The notes below the pieces were generated by a model that saw only the letters and a list, made by a program, of their open reading frames with translations, made no database searches and had not been told where the DNA came from. A program made the position numbers and the translations under genes. DNA of 51,492 nt, the filler included, from Sphacelaria rigidula (taxonomy: Eukaryota), in NCBI GenBank assembly GCA_964200075.2. It is 4 parts of 4 records of this genome, joined end to end, with 100 filler letters (N's around TTAATTAATTAA, not from the genome) between each part and the next. Parts side by side here need not be neighbours in the genome. Positions count along the whole stretch, not along the records: positions 25,800 to 38,597 come from CAXNAA020003410.1; positions 38,698 to 51,492 come from CAXNAA020003411.1; 2 more parts are not named here. One strand, written 5' to 3'. Below, piece by piece: positions 36,724-50,400 of the stretch; positions within the stretch are counted from its first letter, which is position 1; each line of letters opens with the position of its first letter.

Positions 36724-38150
36724 CTCCTCCCATTGCGGCTCAGCACGATCATTCCAAACAGGCTTCCGAGCCGAATCCATCGCCACCCCCACTGCCCGCG
36801 CTTCCTTGCCCCCGCCTACGCCCCCGCAGCTACTTCCTCCAGCCGCCACTACAGCAGCCTTCCTCGATCTTCCCGTTCTCGCTTGTGCCGGAGTAACGGT
36901 CATGGTCGATGACCGCCCTTCCCTAGATTTTCCTCCGAAAACGAACCTCGGTACATGGCCCTTCCGGGACGATGTGGCGGCAGTAGCGTTCGTCCGACCC
37001 GTTTTCCTGGTAATACTCTGTGACGGAGTCGCCGCTGGGGTTGAAGCAGCGGTAGACGCCTGCTGTTTCGTGCGGAATACCGTTTCCGTGAGTGGAGGTT
37101 TTCGTATCGCCCTGGTCTTTGTTTTACATGCAGTCGAGGGCGTCAACATCGTAATCGTTGAATTGGGATCGCGGCTTCCCAGAGCGCGCCCCGTCAGCGG
37201 GCGTCGTACAGCAGCAACCCTCGATATTGCCGGAATCTTCCCGGAAGATTGCTGTTGTTGTTGGTGGTGGTGATATTGTCGGTGCTGTTGCCGCCGTTGT
37301 GGCCGCGAACTGTGCACCCCCTGCCCTTTCAGTGTGACCCTGGCGATCAGGTGCACCTTATGATCGCCAACGCCCTCTCCGCTTGTTGGCGCGAAGTCCT
37401 GTGGATCAAAGGTCGGCTCGATAATTGCAATGAGATCACCGTCAGCATCAAGGTATTGCAGCGATGATAAGGATACCGCGGGCGCAGGTAGAGCGCGGAG
37501 GATGTTCTCCACCGCCTCCTTCAGGAGTTCGTACGAGCCGAACGGCAGCTTCGGTGCTAGTGTCAGCTCTTCTGTGTTACTCCCTCTTACTGTGAGCTTC
37601 ACTTTCCGTTTGCATGATGCGGCTCCAGCTGGCGGCGAAGTCCTTGCTTTATCGACTGCCAGCGCCTCATGCACTGGCTCCGTATCATCTTTGTATATAT
37701 GGAACATTGCAGCCACTGGCTATTGGCCACCTTGCAGCTGCCAAGACGCTACCTCCTCCTGTGCAATAGGACAGCACTACACACTACAGCGTGTTGGCCG
37801 TTTGGTATTTCTGGCATCTTTGGTATTAATATATTATGTCATGTTCCACAATATGTGTAACTGCCACCAAGTGCATCTCCCCGCCGCATGCGTGTCGCTG
37901 CCGAACCTGGGAATAATCTCTTCGGACGAGTCGATCATACGCAATAGGTAATCCAACTGTATTATACCACAAATCTGCGATGACTTCGTACTCGGCGGCG
38001 GATGCTCTCCCCGCTAAGCATAGCTCATATAGTGCGCGAAGACCATGCTCTCCGCCGTGGGGAACAACAGCAGAGCCAGAAAGTCCGTGCTCAAAGCCAA
38101 CGACGGGTGTCGTACCGCCCATGAAAACGCGCACAGAGATGATACTGAAG
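36724..38150 (-). CDS. PB1-domain-containing protein (partial). Exons ~38150-37907 and 37719-36724
   Basis: KRKVKLTV...SYELLKEAVENIL...LQYLDADGDLIAI shows the basic lysine strand and the acidic OPCA motif of PB1 domains, followed by a Gln/Thr/Arg-rich tail. Phase-0 GT-AG junctions. Confidence 0.7.
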
Positions 38151-38597
38151 CGACAAAACGATGAGAGTGAGCATGCTCGACGATTCATCTCTCTTACGAC
38201 CAACCGACGGCGGGATCAGGAAGAGAGGATTGTGCCTGCTTTCGGTACAGACGGGCGCGATTGGTGGACTTCAGTCGTTGGGTGGACAAAGAATCCCATG
38301 GAAGCTCTGTCGAGGTAGGTTACTTGTGGCAGGAGCCATCTCTGTATCCGCTTGCCATTTATCTGCAGATATCTGAAGTAGGACCTCAGGAGTGATGCAC
38401 ACTTGCCCCCTCTTATGCCCTGTCTATTGGCGCGTCTTAAAAAAAAAGCATTCTTATCGACATTGATTTTTTCGAGCGCTGTGATTGGCCCGAGGGTCTT
38501 AAGAGCCAAGGGCACCTCAACGGAGCGGAGAGCCCTCCTCCCCCTTCCCCCCCCCCCTCCCACCCCGGCAGACAGGTTGCCCTTGGCAAGAGCTACA

Positions 38598-38697
38598 NNN
38601 NNNNNNNNNNNNNNNNNNNNNNNNNNNNNNNNNNNNNNNNNTTAATTAATTAANNNNNNNNNNNNNNNNNNNNNNNNNNNNNNNNNNNNNNNNNNNN
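38598..38697. other. Assembly gap with artificial TTAATTAATTAA spacer
   Basis: 100-nt N block with linker. Confidence 0.98.
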
Positions 38698-38905
38698 CCC
38701 CCCCCGCCCCCTTCCGAAAGGGGGGGGGGGTCAACTGGCAAACAACAAAGGGAAGTAATTAATGGTTTCGCCCCCCCCCCCCCCCCCTATATTGCGGTAG
38801 GCGCATGCTTGGCAGGTCTTTTTTAATACAACATTTTTTTCTCTCAATAGGCGTTCGTATAACGTCGGCTTCACGTCGTTTTTGCTATGCTTGTCTGCTG
38901 TTCAG

Positions 38906-39164
38906 GACGGCAAGAAAAAGAGCTTGGGAGGGTACGCCACGGAGGAAGAGGCAGCCAAGGCGTACGACAGGGCTGCCTTGTCTCTGTTCGGTCCTAACGC
39001 GGTGACCAACTTCAAGGATGGCAAGAGAGTGCAGCCAGAGCGAAACGGTAGATCTGGAGGGGCGCGGTCCTCTTCGCAGGTGAGGAGGAAGACACTTTCG
39101 AAGGGATACTGCACAGAGGTACAACTGCGAATCAGAGTCTAAAGATTTTTCAGAAACATTTCGA

Positions 39165-39222
<58 letters not shown>

Positions 39223-42200
39223 CCCATCGAATCGGATCGGCAAAGCGGATTTTCCGCACATTTTACTTGTTCTTGCGGAGGAAGCAAACTGACGAAAGCT
39301 TTCATTTTTTAATGCATTCACCTGTAGTGTCGTTGAGTACATGCGTCATACTACTGTCACATCCCTAGAAACTAATGACCGCCGAACGTCTCGAGTATCT
39401 CTCGTGTGTTCTGTGTGCCCTGAAATGTCCGCCGGTCATATACGCATGCGTGCAGTAGTCACTCTGCGTAAGCGGTATATGAGTCGTACATCACTACGTG
39501 GTCGTGCCCCGGTGGTGTAGCTGATGCATGCAACGTCCTGAAACGGGTTGGGGCGGAGTTGAGACTCCGAATCCTACTGGCAGGTGCCTTTTTTCATTTA
39601 TTTTGTGAGGAGCATCTGATTTTCAAAGTGTTGGTGTGAATGTTGGTGGTCACTTCGTCTAAAACGCGAGGACGTCAGTAGTGTAAAGACATTGGCGACG
39701 GTCGACGCAACGGGGTGCGGTAGTCCTATAGTCATGATCCAATCCGCGGTAGAAAAATGTCAGACGTGTACAGTACCGGAAGGAAGATGGGTTGATTACT
39801 TGATCGGTCGGTCCCTTCACTTGAAACTACACACCCGTCCCGACAAAGGGGAGGAAGGGGACAAAGGGATGGAATATATCACCAAAAAAACCAAAGCCGT
39901 CGTCATCGGTAGCGTGGTTGGGTCCACATTACTCCTGGTTGGGCAGTTGCCCGATTTTACGGCCTGACCGTCGCTAACCGTTGCCTCCACCCCCGCATTC
40001 CCCGTGACCGTACGCTGGCAACTGGCTGCTCTTGAAGGGAAAGAAGGCATCCCCCGACGCGGTGAGGGCGGCAGCGACCACTGGCGGGCGAGCAGACAGG
40101 TGAGCACCGCGCCGGTTACTTGGAACAGGCAGCTTGTGATGATGGTGATCAGTGCTTCGTCTCGTGTACTAGTTTTTCTTCAGCCACCGTAACTATGGTA
40201 TACGTACGGTGTGGGTGTCTTGTGATTCATCGGTAGTGAATGTTTGATCTGGAAATAGTTTCGAGTGCGGGCTTAACCCCTCGGCCGCACGAGTGCAACT
40301 TGTCCGGGTATTGCTTTCTTCCCAAGTGAAAATGATGCTGGTGCAAGGGATGAATTATGTTGGCGATCCAAGGATAAAGTTTAATTTTGGCAACAGATGC
40401 GTTCGTACCCCACCCCGAAATCGATGCCCTAGCGTTACGGACAGTTCTCATGTGGACTACAGCAGCCAGGCGGAACATTCGAAGGTTCAACTGATTTCGA
40501 GCCAGAGTAGGCCCAACTTACGCATCCCAGACCTTCGGTTATGTGTGTACTGTGTGTCTCGTGAGTCTCAAATTTCGCGCCTTGGGGGCCGGGGGGCGGG
40601 GAGGGAAATTCTCGTCGTGGGCATCATTTTCCGCCCTATATCGCCTTGAAACATTCGGCCTGCCTTCTAGGTGCTGTTGTGCATGAACAAATTCGATGAG
40701 GTACATCGGTGATCGGACAGCTGTAGAAAATCGCGTCCGGGTGATTTTTTTTTGCACGCACTACGGTAGGTACAGTCAAATTCGCCGCCGAAATCGCTCT
40801 TTTCCTGGTCGCACATCGCCTGTGGCGACCAACGAAGCTGCTGATTTTTTTCTGTAATTTATATCCTGACCGAACCCGTGGGCGACAAGGTGATAAGGTG
40901 AGAAGGTCAAAATCGCGTGCACCACTGGACTCAAATGCTCTCTTCCTACTCTCCTTTCGGGAGAGGGACGTCGACAATTTGGCGCTCTAGTCACTGTGTC
41001 CTCATTGCTACCCCCCTTCCCCGGCTTCGCTACCCCGTCGTACGATTACGCACCCGTTGCTTGTGAAATAAAAATGGCTGCATTTGCTGCAGCGTGCGGA
41101 AGCCCACGACCCAAGAAGACAAAAAGGATACCTCGCACGAAGACCAGTCAGTTGTCACGCCCGGCAGCAACGGTGCGTCTTCCGTCCCCTCTCAAGGGGG
41201 CGATAGTAGCCCTGCTCGCCATCACGGCCATACGACTTACCCGCCTCATCTTTCCGGCAGCGGCATCAGCAGCCCCGGGGAACGTGGTCAGCACAGCAGC
41301 AGCACTGTAAATAATGGCGGTGGACTTGGTCGTGATGAAGAACCCCTTCCCCCCATAGACTCCCTCCAGGATGCAGTCATGGCCGCCAGCGACCCGAACG
41401 TGCTTTCCATGCTATCGCCGCCCCGGGGTGGCGCCAGCACGAGCGAAGAGGGCAGTCCTTCGACCCCAGGGGTAGTGACAGCACGGGGTGATGAAGAGGT
41501 CCTGGCTCGCCGCAATGGCGATCAAAAGGACGGAGAGGACGATGAAGCGTACAACCAAACTCGAAAACGGCCAGGAGCGGATGATAACGCCGCACCATGG
41601 GACCTCCCCGTCCCCCCGACCGGAGCCTATCCACCCCTGTACCCGCCGCCGTACGCTCACCCGGGGTACACGGGAAAACCGGCCGGTCCCAACAGTCCAG
41701 ACGGTGCCATGTGGTCAGGAGCACCGCCAACAGGACACCCGGGATTTCACCACTACACGGCCGCGGCATACGGTTACCCGTTCGCTGCACCTCGGGCGTA
41801 CAGTCATCCCCCACCGAGTGCACACGTGTCCGCGGGGGGTAATAGGTCTTCGGAAGGTTATCCTGGGCACGCGGCGCACAGTCACGCGGCGCACAGTCAC
41901 GCGGCTGCGGCAGCGGCGGCAGCAGCGGCAGCAGCGGCCGCGGCGGCTGCTGTCCATCATGAAAAATCTCCTACCCCGTCGGAATCACCTGGCAGAGGAG
42001 GGTACAGCGCACCCGCCGAGCACGGCCTGCACGGGTATGGCATGTACAACGTACATAATCCCCACCGCCCTGCGTTCTTTCACTCAGGGGGCGGCGGACA
42101 TGCGCAACCGCGGCATTCCATCGACGGATCAGAGGGAAGCGCGGCGCCGCCACTGGAAAATGGTCGATCATTAGCTCCCTTCGGTGATGATGACGGTGAA

Positions 42201-42722
42201 CGACGGACTCTGATGTCCGGCGAGACGGAAGGTGGTGCGGGTAGGGATGGTGTGGAACTCGGGCTACGCGGTGGTCGAGGCTCTCAGCGTTCCAGCGGTT
42301 CCCAGGCGATGTACCGAGATCAAAACGGTGGCGACAGCGGCGGGAAGATAAGTGCCGCCGGGGGCAATCCCGAACAAGGAAGTTTCTCTCCCTCGGCGCT
42401 CTTGAACGCCCAAAGGGCTTACGCAGCTCAAGCCCGCGCGCATGCAGCGGCCCAGGCGGCTGCTGCGGCGCAAGCAGCCGCACAAGCGGCAGCGGCGGCG
42501 GCGGCGGTTGGCACAGGGAACAGTGAACACCTCATGTTCTCCCATCACGCGGCCCCGGGGATGTACATTCATGACGGGTATATGGCGCATCATGCGACCG
42601 CTGCGCACCACAGAGCAAGGGCAGACATTGGAGGGATGGAAGGTTTGGCCAAGCAAGCCGCACGGCAGCAAGAGATGGAGGGGTTTGCGCAGGCGGAGCC
42701 GCGGCGTAGTTATGACCCGTAG
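38906..42722 (+). CDS. AP2/ERF-domain transcription factor (5' part missing). Exons 38906-39079, 40038-40099, 41093-42722
   Basis: GKKKSLGGYATEEEAAKAYDRAALSLFGPNAVTNF is the C-terminal half of an AP2/ERF domain. Splice phases 0 and 2 are consistent. The long last exon has poly-Ala and His/Pro/Tyr-rich tracts. Confidence 0.85.
39168..39218. repeat. (TG)n microsatellite
   Basis: Directly visible, intronic. Confidence 0.97.
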
Positions 42723-44487
42723 TTGTGGGTGACGACGAGGACAGACCCATGTGATGTCGAGGATTGTTTTAATACTGCGATTACTGCGCAGTTTTGCTTG
42801 TGCCTGGGAGAATTAGACGATCCGTCCGTGGTGCCACCTTCTGAGCTTGAAATGTCTAGAAGGGAATTGTCGCCTCATGCTCCGCTTTTCATATCATGCA
42901 TGAGATGGAGATGATTCTTGGGGTAAGGATGAAGAGGAGCGGCAGTGCGCCTTGTTACTGAAGGTAAGAAAGAGGCCACCGTTCGAAAACGATATACGAC
43001 TGTGGACCTTGCTTCCACAATACCAGAAGTATATTTTCTATATTCGGCTGCTGAGAGTGATGTTTCTTGAGTCCATCATTCTTTGATTGATCGATCAAAG
43101 TTTGCACCCGGTGTTGGATCAAGCCGTCTGCGTGCCATTTCCTGTTTCTTGATGTAACGAGTGCAGAAGAGACATACGGTGCTCGCGAATAGTGTGGTCT
43201 CGCACCTGAAGGAAAAAGGAGAGGATACCCTCGCTTCATCATGGATTGATTTGTGTATAGCCAAATTACATGTGCCAGTATGCGTAAATGGTGCCGTTTT
43301 GCCGTTATGTGATGACGTATCCTTCACTTTTGTACGTACAAGGGGAGACTCCTTTACTTCAAGCGATTTGAAGCAGGTTTGTTGTTTTGCATTCGTGTTT
43401 TGCACTCGTGTCTCTGATTTCGAGGGTGATATGGTTTCGTGTAAATGTATGTCTCTGTTAATAAATAGTAAGGTCGTATCGCGTCCCGCTGCAGTGCTGG
43501 AGAGGAGGAGAAGAGAAGGCGTTGATTTGATTGCCAAACAGGGAGCAAAGGGCGGTGACTGATGAATACGATAGATGAATGTGCACCGTTCCATTTGCGT
43601 GCGCGTGTGCTGTGTAATGTGTCTAGTTGTTGGCGTGTGTTGTGACCATAGGACGGAGAAGGACCGTATTGGGACGGAAGATGCGATCCATCTTCCCAAG
43701 TTGCAGAAAATGTCATGAGAAACGAAGAGAACACAACCCAGGCGAAATACGACATGAGGTGGAAATGGAAGACTTCCAAGCGACGATAAAAGAAATTGCA
43801 TTCAACGTATCGGTATCGTATGGATGATCGATCAGCGGTGATAACTAACACCATGTGCCGTGTTTTCGCGTCATCCATCCTCAGACACGGTCCCAGATAG
43901 CCAGAGCACGGTGCAAGCGGATTGGCTTCCAAAATTCAGGGCAATCTTCACCTCTCCCTTGCTCAACACTATAATAGAATGTGTCGTTACCTACGTGGGT
44001 TACCCGTTGTGAAGCACATTCTCAAGTACGTGCATTACAGATTATTCTTTGTTTCTCGTCAAGTACGTGAAAACACGTACTGCCATAAAATGTACACAAA
44101 ACCGTATTTTAACCGACAGCTAAAGTCACCGAACAGAGGCACAAGAGCGTCGAAACGCTCAAAACACTGCCTACACCACGGCTCGCGAACTGCATGTTCG
44201 CACATGCACACCAACCACAGCCTCCCCCGAATGCATCAACGACTCGAACGATAAGATAAGTCCCCTTTTGACGTCAGACATTCTAATCACGTTATTGCTA
44301 CCCAATCGGAGTTTTTTCAACATACAGCAAACTACCACCATCATGTTACTCAAAGTGGCCAACCGTTGTACAGTTACGGCATAGGGATCCCCTTCATCAC
44401 CCGCTACACCCTTCCCCCTCCTCTCATCCCAGCTCGCCCTGAATTGCACAACCAGGAGCTCGAAACTGACGGCAGGCTTCCTGCGCA

Positions 44488-47400
44488 CTATGACACTTCA
44501 TTGAACATCCCGTTGTTGCCTGACGCCCCAGACTTGATTGGCTTGGGGCTCGTCATGTTGGCACCCGCGGCGGTGGCGGACTCTATCTCCGTCACCTCAG
44601 CAGGGGTCATGAAAAATCGGTCCTCCTGTGCAAACAAACAGGATTTACCAAAACAGTCGCTACAGTTAGTGCGCCGTCTTCGTAGCAGTTGCTTGCAAAA
44701 CAAACCCGCGATTTCAACACACCATCCTTTACTCTTTTTGTTGTTTCAGGTCGGCCATTTCTTTCTGTGCTTTGCTCGTGTCGACTTTTTCGTCACTTTA
44801 TTTTTTGTTACGACTTAGTCTGCTATGTCGTTCCGTTTGACTTTTTTTTCTTCTGTTCCTTCTTTTCCTCAGAGCGTGTTTCAGTCTATCAAGAGAACAC
44901 GGCTGGACCCCTGGGGGGTCAGCTAAAGTGCGGCAATCAATCAATCAAATCAATCGATCAATATCCACAAATCACGCTGTTTTGGACGCATTACATGGTG
45001 GCACAACAACACGCACTTGACGCTTTCTGCTCTTGATGGAGTATTTCGGGATGGAACACCGAAACGCACCAACCGCAGATGACGTGGCTGTAGCGCTGGA
45101 TAACTCTTGAGCTACAGTTCGCTCACGATAACACTGAATACTATACCCCTGCCGTTCAGGATAACATGACCTACAGCATACACGATAGAGCTTGATACAG
45201 CGTTCTCACATTCCCATACTATTTAGATTAGTACTGTGGTGAGTGGGAGCATGGGCTATTCACTCCATTTCCACAAAACTTGCATCCCAATGTACATGCA
45301 GCGCAGTCAGTACCTTCATGTCCCAGAATGGTCCTTGCGGCGGGTCGTGGCCAGTCACCACCTCCATCAGGTGGAGCGAGTTCACCACCCAGATTGATCC
45401 TGCACGCCCCTCCGTCCCGGCATCGTCCCACACCTGTCACACAGTCGCGGTCATAGTCACAGTCATAGTCACGGTCACGGTCACAGTCGCGGGAGAAAGG
45501 CAAGGGCGAGACTTTAAAGGGGGTGTGCGCGGTATTTTGTTTGAAAATACTGTTCAAATGTTACGCGCAGTGTGACATTTTGGACAAACGTATGTATACG
45601 TGGCGACGACATATTACTTTTCATTCCTTGATACCATGCACTCATCTGGGGCTGTGTGTTTAACAACATCATCTGCTGTACCCGTGTTTTTTAGGGGACA
45701 AGAAGGCGGGCGCTGCAGTCATCGTGTTAAGACATTGCAACCGAGTATGCAGTGATAACTGCTTTCAGTTTTCATGTTGCTGAGTGGTCAATGCTGAGTG
45801 CTCAGCCCTTTGTTTTGTTCTTTCGTAAAATTGTCAACCGTGTGTCTTTTCCAGAATAGACCGCAGATCTCAAGATAGCAGTTGCCACCCATGCTTAATT
45901 CCACAAACGAAACGTCGTTCCATACATCGATGCACAACGCACCAACATTTCTACACGTAGTCATAACACACTACAGTGACTACACCAACCCCTCCCTCAT
46001 GGGACTGCGATTTTAACCCTGCTTCCTTACTCAGATGAGACTCATGATCCCTAACCCTTATCCTGTAAGGGCAGGGCACACACTTTAGCGGCACTGTGCT
46101 ATTGATCCACGTTTACTCAAGAAATTGACACGTACCACCACGCAGAGACATATTTCGGGCAACCCTGTTGCATTTGGTGTCGTTGTGGTCCTGGAGCACT
46201 CGCAGACGGCATGGAGTGAACTTCCTGCACAAAGTCGAGTCGTTCATGCCTCACTCACCATGGGACATGTGCCGCTCTTGGACTCAGGCACTCAACACAC
46301 CATTATACCAAACCCTTGGAAATGTGACTTTTTTGCAGAATACTTGGAATGCTTTTATGACTGTCTGTCAGGCACGTAGCTCGCTACAAGGTGGGTGATA
46401 AAAATGAAAGCCGCTGCAGGTTCGGGTTGTCAGGTATAAAACAAAGAACGCGCGCCAGAAACAGAACGGAAAGCGGCCAATCTTAGCCTCACGACCCACA
46501 TCTGACGCGAAATAAATGACCCTCCAAACAGCACATCTGTCACCCGAAAGCGGCAGACTCCTCAACTCACAGCGATGTACATATAAACCTTATTAATCCC
46601 CAAAGGCACTTCTACAGGTGAATACGATCAATCACCTTGACAGGCTTGAAGGTACTTTCTACCACCCAACGCCGTGGTACACAGCGCACAGAGTCGTAGG
46701 GCGGGGGCTCTTCGGTGGTTGTGACGATCATGCCCATCGCTACAAAGGCGGAGCTTGGCGGCACAGGACGCCACATGTACACCGCCTTCTCGCCGGCAAC
46801 CTGGGGCAAGCAACCCCGTAGCGACGACGAATGCATGAGCACGCCGCGTCAGGGGCAACGGGAGGGGCGTGCAAAGTGCGCACAAAACGGTGGCGAGGCA
46901 TCCAACCCGAGGATCGATGTAACATGTAACGTCCAGCACCATGACACCCGCTGCAAACCTTGTCGAATACTACTTCGGATGCCGTCAGTGGAAAACAGTC
47001 ATGCACACAACACACCTCGTCTACAGACAGGTCAAACCAACATTCCCCGTTACGCCAAAAACTAGTCCGTTCACGGTCGGCACCGCACCACACCGCACCG
47101 CACTCAAGGCAAAGACGAATGCTCATTTTTTCTCCACGCGTCGCAAGTACGTCAAACTGTAACAGACCTACGAGTGTACCTCCGAGGGTTAGGACCACGG
47201 TTACCGTCAGAGCTCGTATTGCTTTAATTGCTTAGTTGGATGAAACGTCTGGGCCTGTCCCGCACAAGAGGTCCGCGGGCATCGGAAAGCGAGAGAAGCC
47301 GCGCAACTGCCTGAGCGACGTTAATGCAACAAAAGGCCTTCAGGAGCCTGCGAAATACCGCACTTGAGAGTGTGCCATCGCCTGCAGTGTGACCGATGCT

Positions 47401-50400
47401 CACGCACTGCAACCGCTTGACGTACCTGCTTCCAGACTTCTCTGAATCGCATAGGCCGCGGGAACAGAGAGTCAATAACAACGTCCAGCTTTTTACCGTG
47501 CCCCAGTCTCCAGCTACCCGTGTCCGTGATCTCCACCGACTGCGGCTCGACGTCCTGCTCCCTACGCCCCCAGCCACTGAACCCTCCCCTCGCGTAGTAC
47601 CCCAAGCACAGCCGCACCTGTGCAATGTGCAAGATCCAAGCGAGGTGGAGGGGGACGGTGAGAACGAGTGTGCACGACATTCGCCCCCCACCGGAATACC
47701 GTACTGCCCAATAGTTCTCCGGTTAGATGATTAGCGACACTGTGGCTGGGTATGTCATACGCCAAAGCTGCAAGCGCCTAGTACTCTGGTGTGCCCAGCA
47801 GAGCCGCACTCAAGGGGAGAGGGCAAGAGGTGAGGGCGGCAGAACTGAGAATCGACCGTCAACTTTTATCGGCACCTGTCAGAATGGAGTTCTACGCTCG
47901 CCGTGTAGGAAAATCGAGGGTCGCATACATGCTCGTCGTTGGGAAGGAAGCGATGTCAAATATCACGCACAAAGGTGTAAGCTGTATGTAAGTTGGTGGA
48001 TGAACCAATGCGTCCACACATCTCGTACAGTATGAACGGCCACAAAAACATCACGGGCCACGCACACTAGCTGAGGTCCAAAAACGTTCGACAGGTAATA
48101 ATATGGGCATTTTCAAAGCTTGTACCACCTCAAAGTCTTCATGATGCACCAAGTGCTCTTCATTTCCAAAAAAAAATGAGGTTCAATCCGAACAGTAATA
48201 CGAGCTAGGCCAGCCAGGACTCCGCTCAAACAGTTCATTGGGCATGCGCGGCGTAGTTTTTCGAATTTTGGGGCGAAAATGGACACCAGATAGACAATTA
48301 ATAGGCGTACTCTGTATCTGGAAACATATATTTCCCCTCATCTTCTATCCCACTTCCCGCCTATGCAATTTTTTAAAGCTGTCTTCAGTCCCCGCACACT
48401 GCTGAAAAAATCCAAATTGGATTCCAGGTCATGGTCAAGGGTAGGCCTATGCGTTGTCTGTCTGGTGTCGAAGCTTCAGCCCGAAATTCGAAAACGTTGC
48501 CCCACGCATGGTCGTGCTTGCGTGAGCAGTGGTTGGAGGCTAGTTGCAAGGAGAGAAACTCCCGGCGATGCTGCCACGTAGCTTTCATTGTATCAACCTA
48601 GCCTCAACAGTGACTCGCCCTTCCCTTCAAAGACGGTGCGGACAGCGGTCCTTCCCCAGCGCTGATCGCTCAGCGGGCTCGACGCTATGTCCCAGAGCGC
48701 ACCCAGCACGTGCGGGTGATGCAAGCAAAGGGTCGCAACATGACACAAAAATAGGAGAAGCTTAACCCCTTCAGTGCCAGCACATGGACACCAAAGTCAA
48801 ACACTTTTTTTTCAAGTAAAACTGATGACAAACCAACAGATGAAGGCCCCTCGACGGACAAACGGCTGGAAAGTCTCTGGCGACAAGTATAATACTCAAG
48901 TGCATGGTGAGAATCATAGGCAGGCAGCTAGAAGGGCGTGGCGCATCTTTGCTTGCCTTGTTCCTTTGCATCAAGTTGCCATGGGTCACCACCGGGGCCC
49001 ACACGCTGCACTGTGATCGCGCTGCCGATCCGTGCGTGGTCCATAATCTCTCCAACCGCTCCTGCTTTTGCACCTTCAGCTTGAAGGCCTCTAATCTCTC
49101 TTGCGCGATTTCGTCAATGCTCGGACCCTTCTGCTCGTCGCGGTCACGTCAACACACATGTACACGGGGAGCCCAGGAGGGGGGGGCTCAGGAGGTGCGT
49201 TGTACATGCGTCTGCAAAATGACGTAGTACCTTTAGGAAACGCAGGAATCGAACATAAGAGCGCACCATGGCAAATAGAAGATACCAAGATACATCCGAG
49301 AACTAGGGTCACAGGCTACGTAGTTTTACCATCGCACAGAATGGGTATCGCGGTGGGTAGTCGACAGGGTTACTGAAGCCATCATGTCCGCCCTATATCC
49401 TCGACGAAGGTTTACACACACGGCGAACGTCCACGGCGGCGCCATAAGCAAAACAAGTGAAGAAATGTTAAATATCCTACCGCTCACCTGTTCCCCTTGG
49501 GAAGTGTAGAGCTCTGGCATGGGCTTGGGCGGCACCGTGAAAGCCACGTCTCCCTCGAAGTCAGGCCAATCAGAGCTGCCCAGCAGTTGCTCTCCGAACA
49601 GGTCATCGCCTTTGCCTGTGTTACCGTCAACATCCGCGCGTGGGGGCGGTGGTGGGACGTGTCACTGGCACGTGGATTACGGTGATTACTCTCCTTGTGC
49701 TTTCTTGGGCCAAGTACGCTATGATGGATCTTGGCGTTTGACTTGTCACGGTAAATTTTGATTGAATTGTTGCGTCACAGGACATCACAGAACATCACAT
49801 CAGGGCGTCGCTACATACAGGCTGTTTCTTCATGGTTGCACTATGGTTGAATTCACTTAGATCACGGTTGCCAGTAGCAAGTGGGGTACAACTACAACGA
49901 CGCCAGATCGGCACGGAGGGGACTACAGAAAAAACCCCGCAAAGCTCGTGCTAGGTCAGGTATTGCTGGCAAGGTTTGACATAAACTATGCAAAGCGCTT
50001 AGTGAAGATTGAAGATCGGAATATAAGACGCCTTTAACAGCTTACCCGGCTCGTGAAACGCCCGCTTGAACTCTTCCCAGCTCACATATCCATCGCAGTC
50101 GAGATCCACCGTGCGAACGATATCGTGCACCTAGGCAAGAGAAAGTAAGGACAGTCACCACAAAATCCGCGACGGAACGATTCAGATCACTCGCGGAGCG
50201 TCAAAAAAAGGTAAAGGGCTGGTGGCTGTTTTCAGTGGTATGCAATTAGGGCGTGCTTCTCGTCATTCGAGTCCAAGATACACCTACATCGTTGTTTCGC
50301 CGGTGGTACGATCGCGGCGTGGACCAAACACTCGCGGTGCACATTAATGAAAAGCAGAAAACCCCCAAATAAGGGTAATGCCCCACGCTCACGAAGCCAA

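Noticed and set aside
38150-38906. Bidirectional promoter between the PB1 and AP2 genes
   Set aside because: An assembly gap of unknown true size separates them, and the 5' exons of both genes are undefined.
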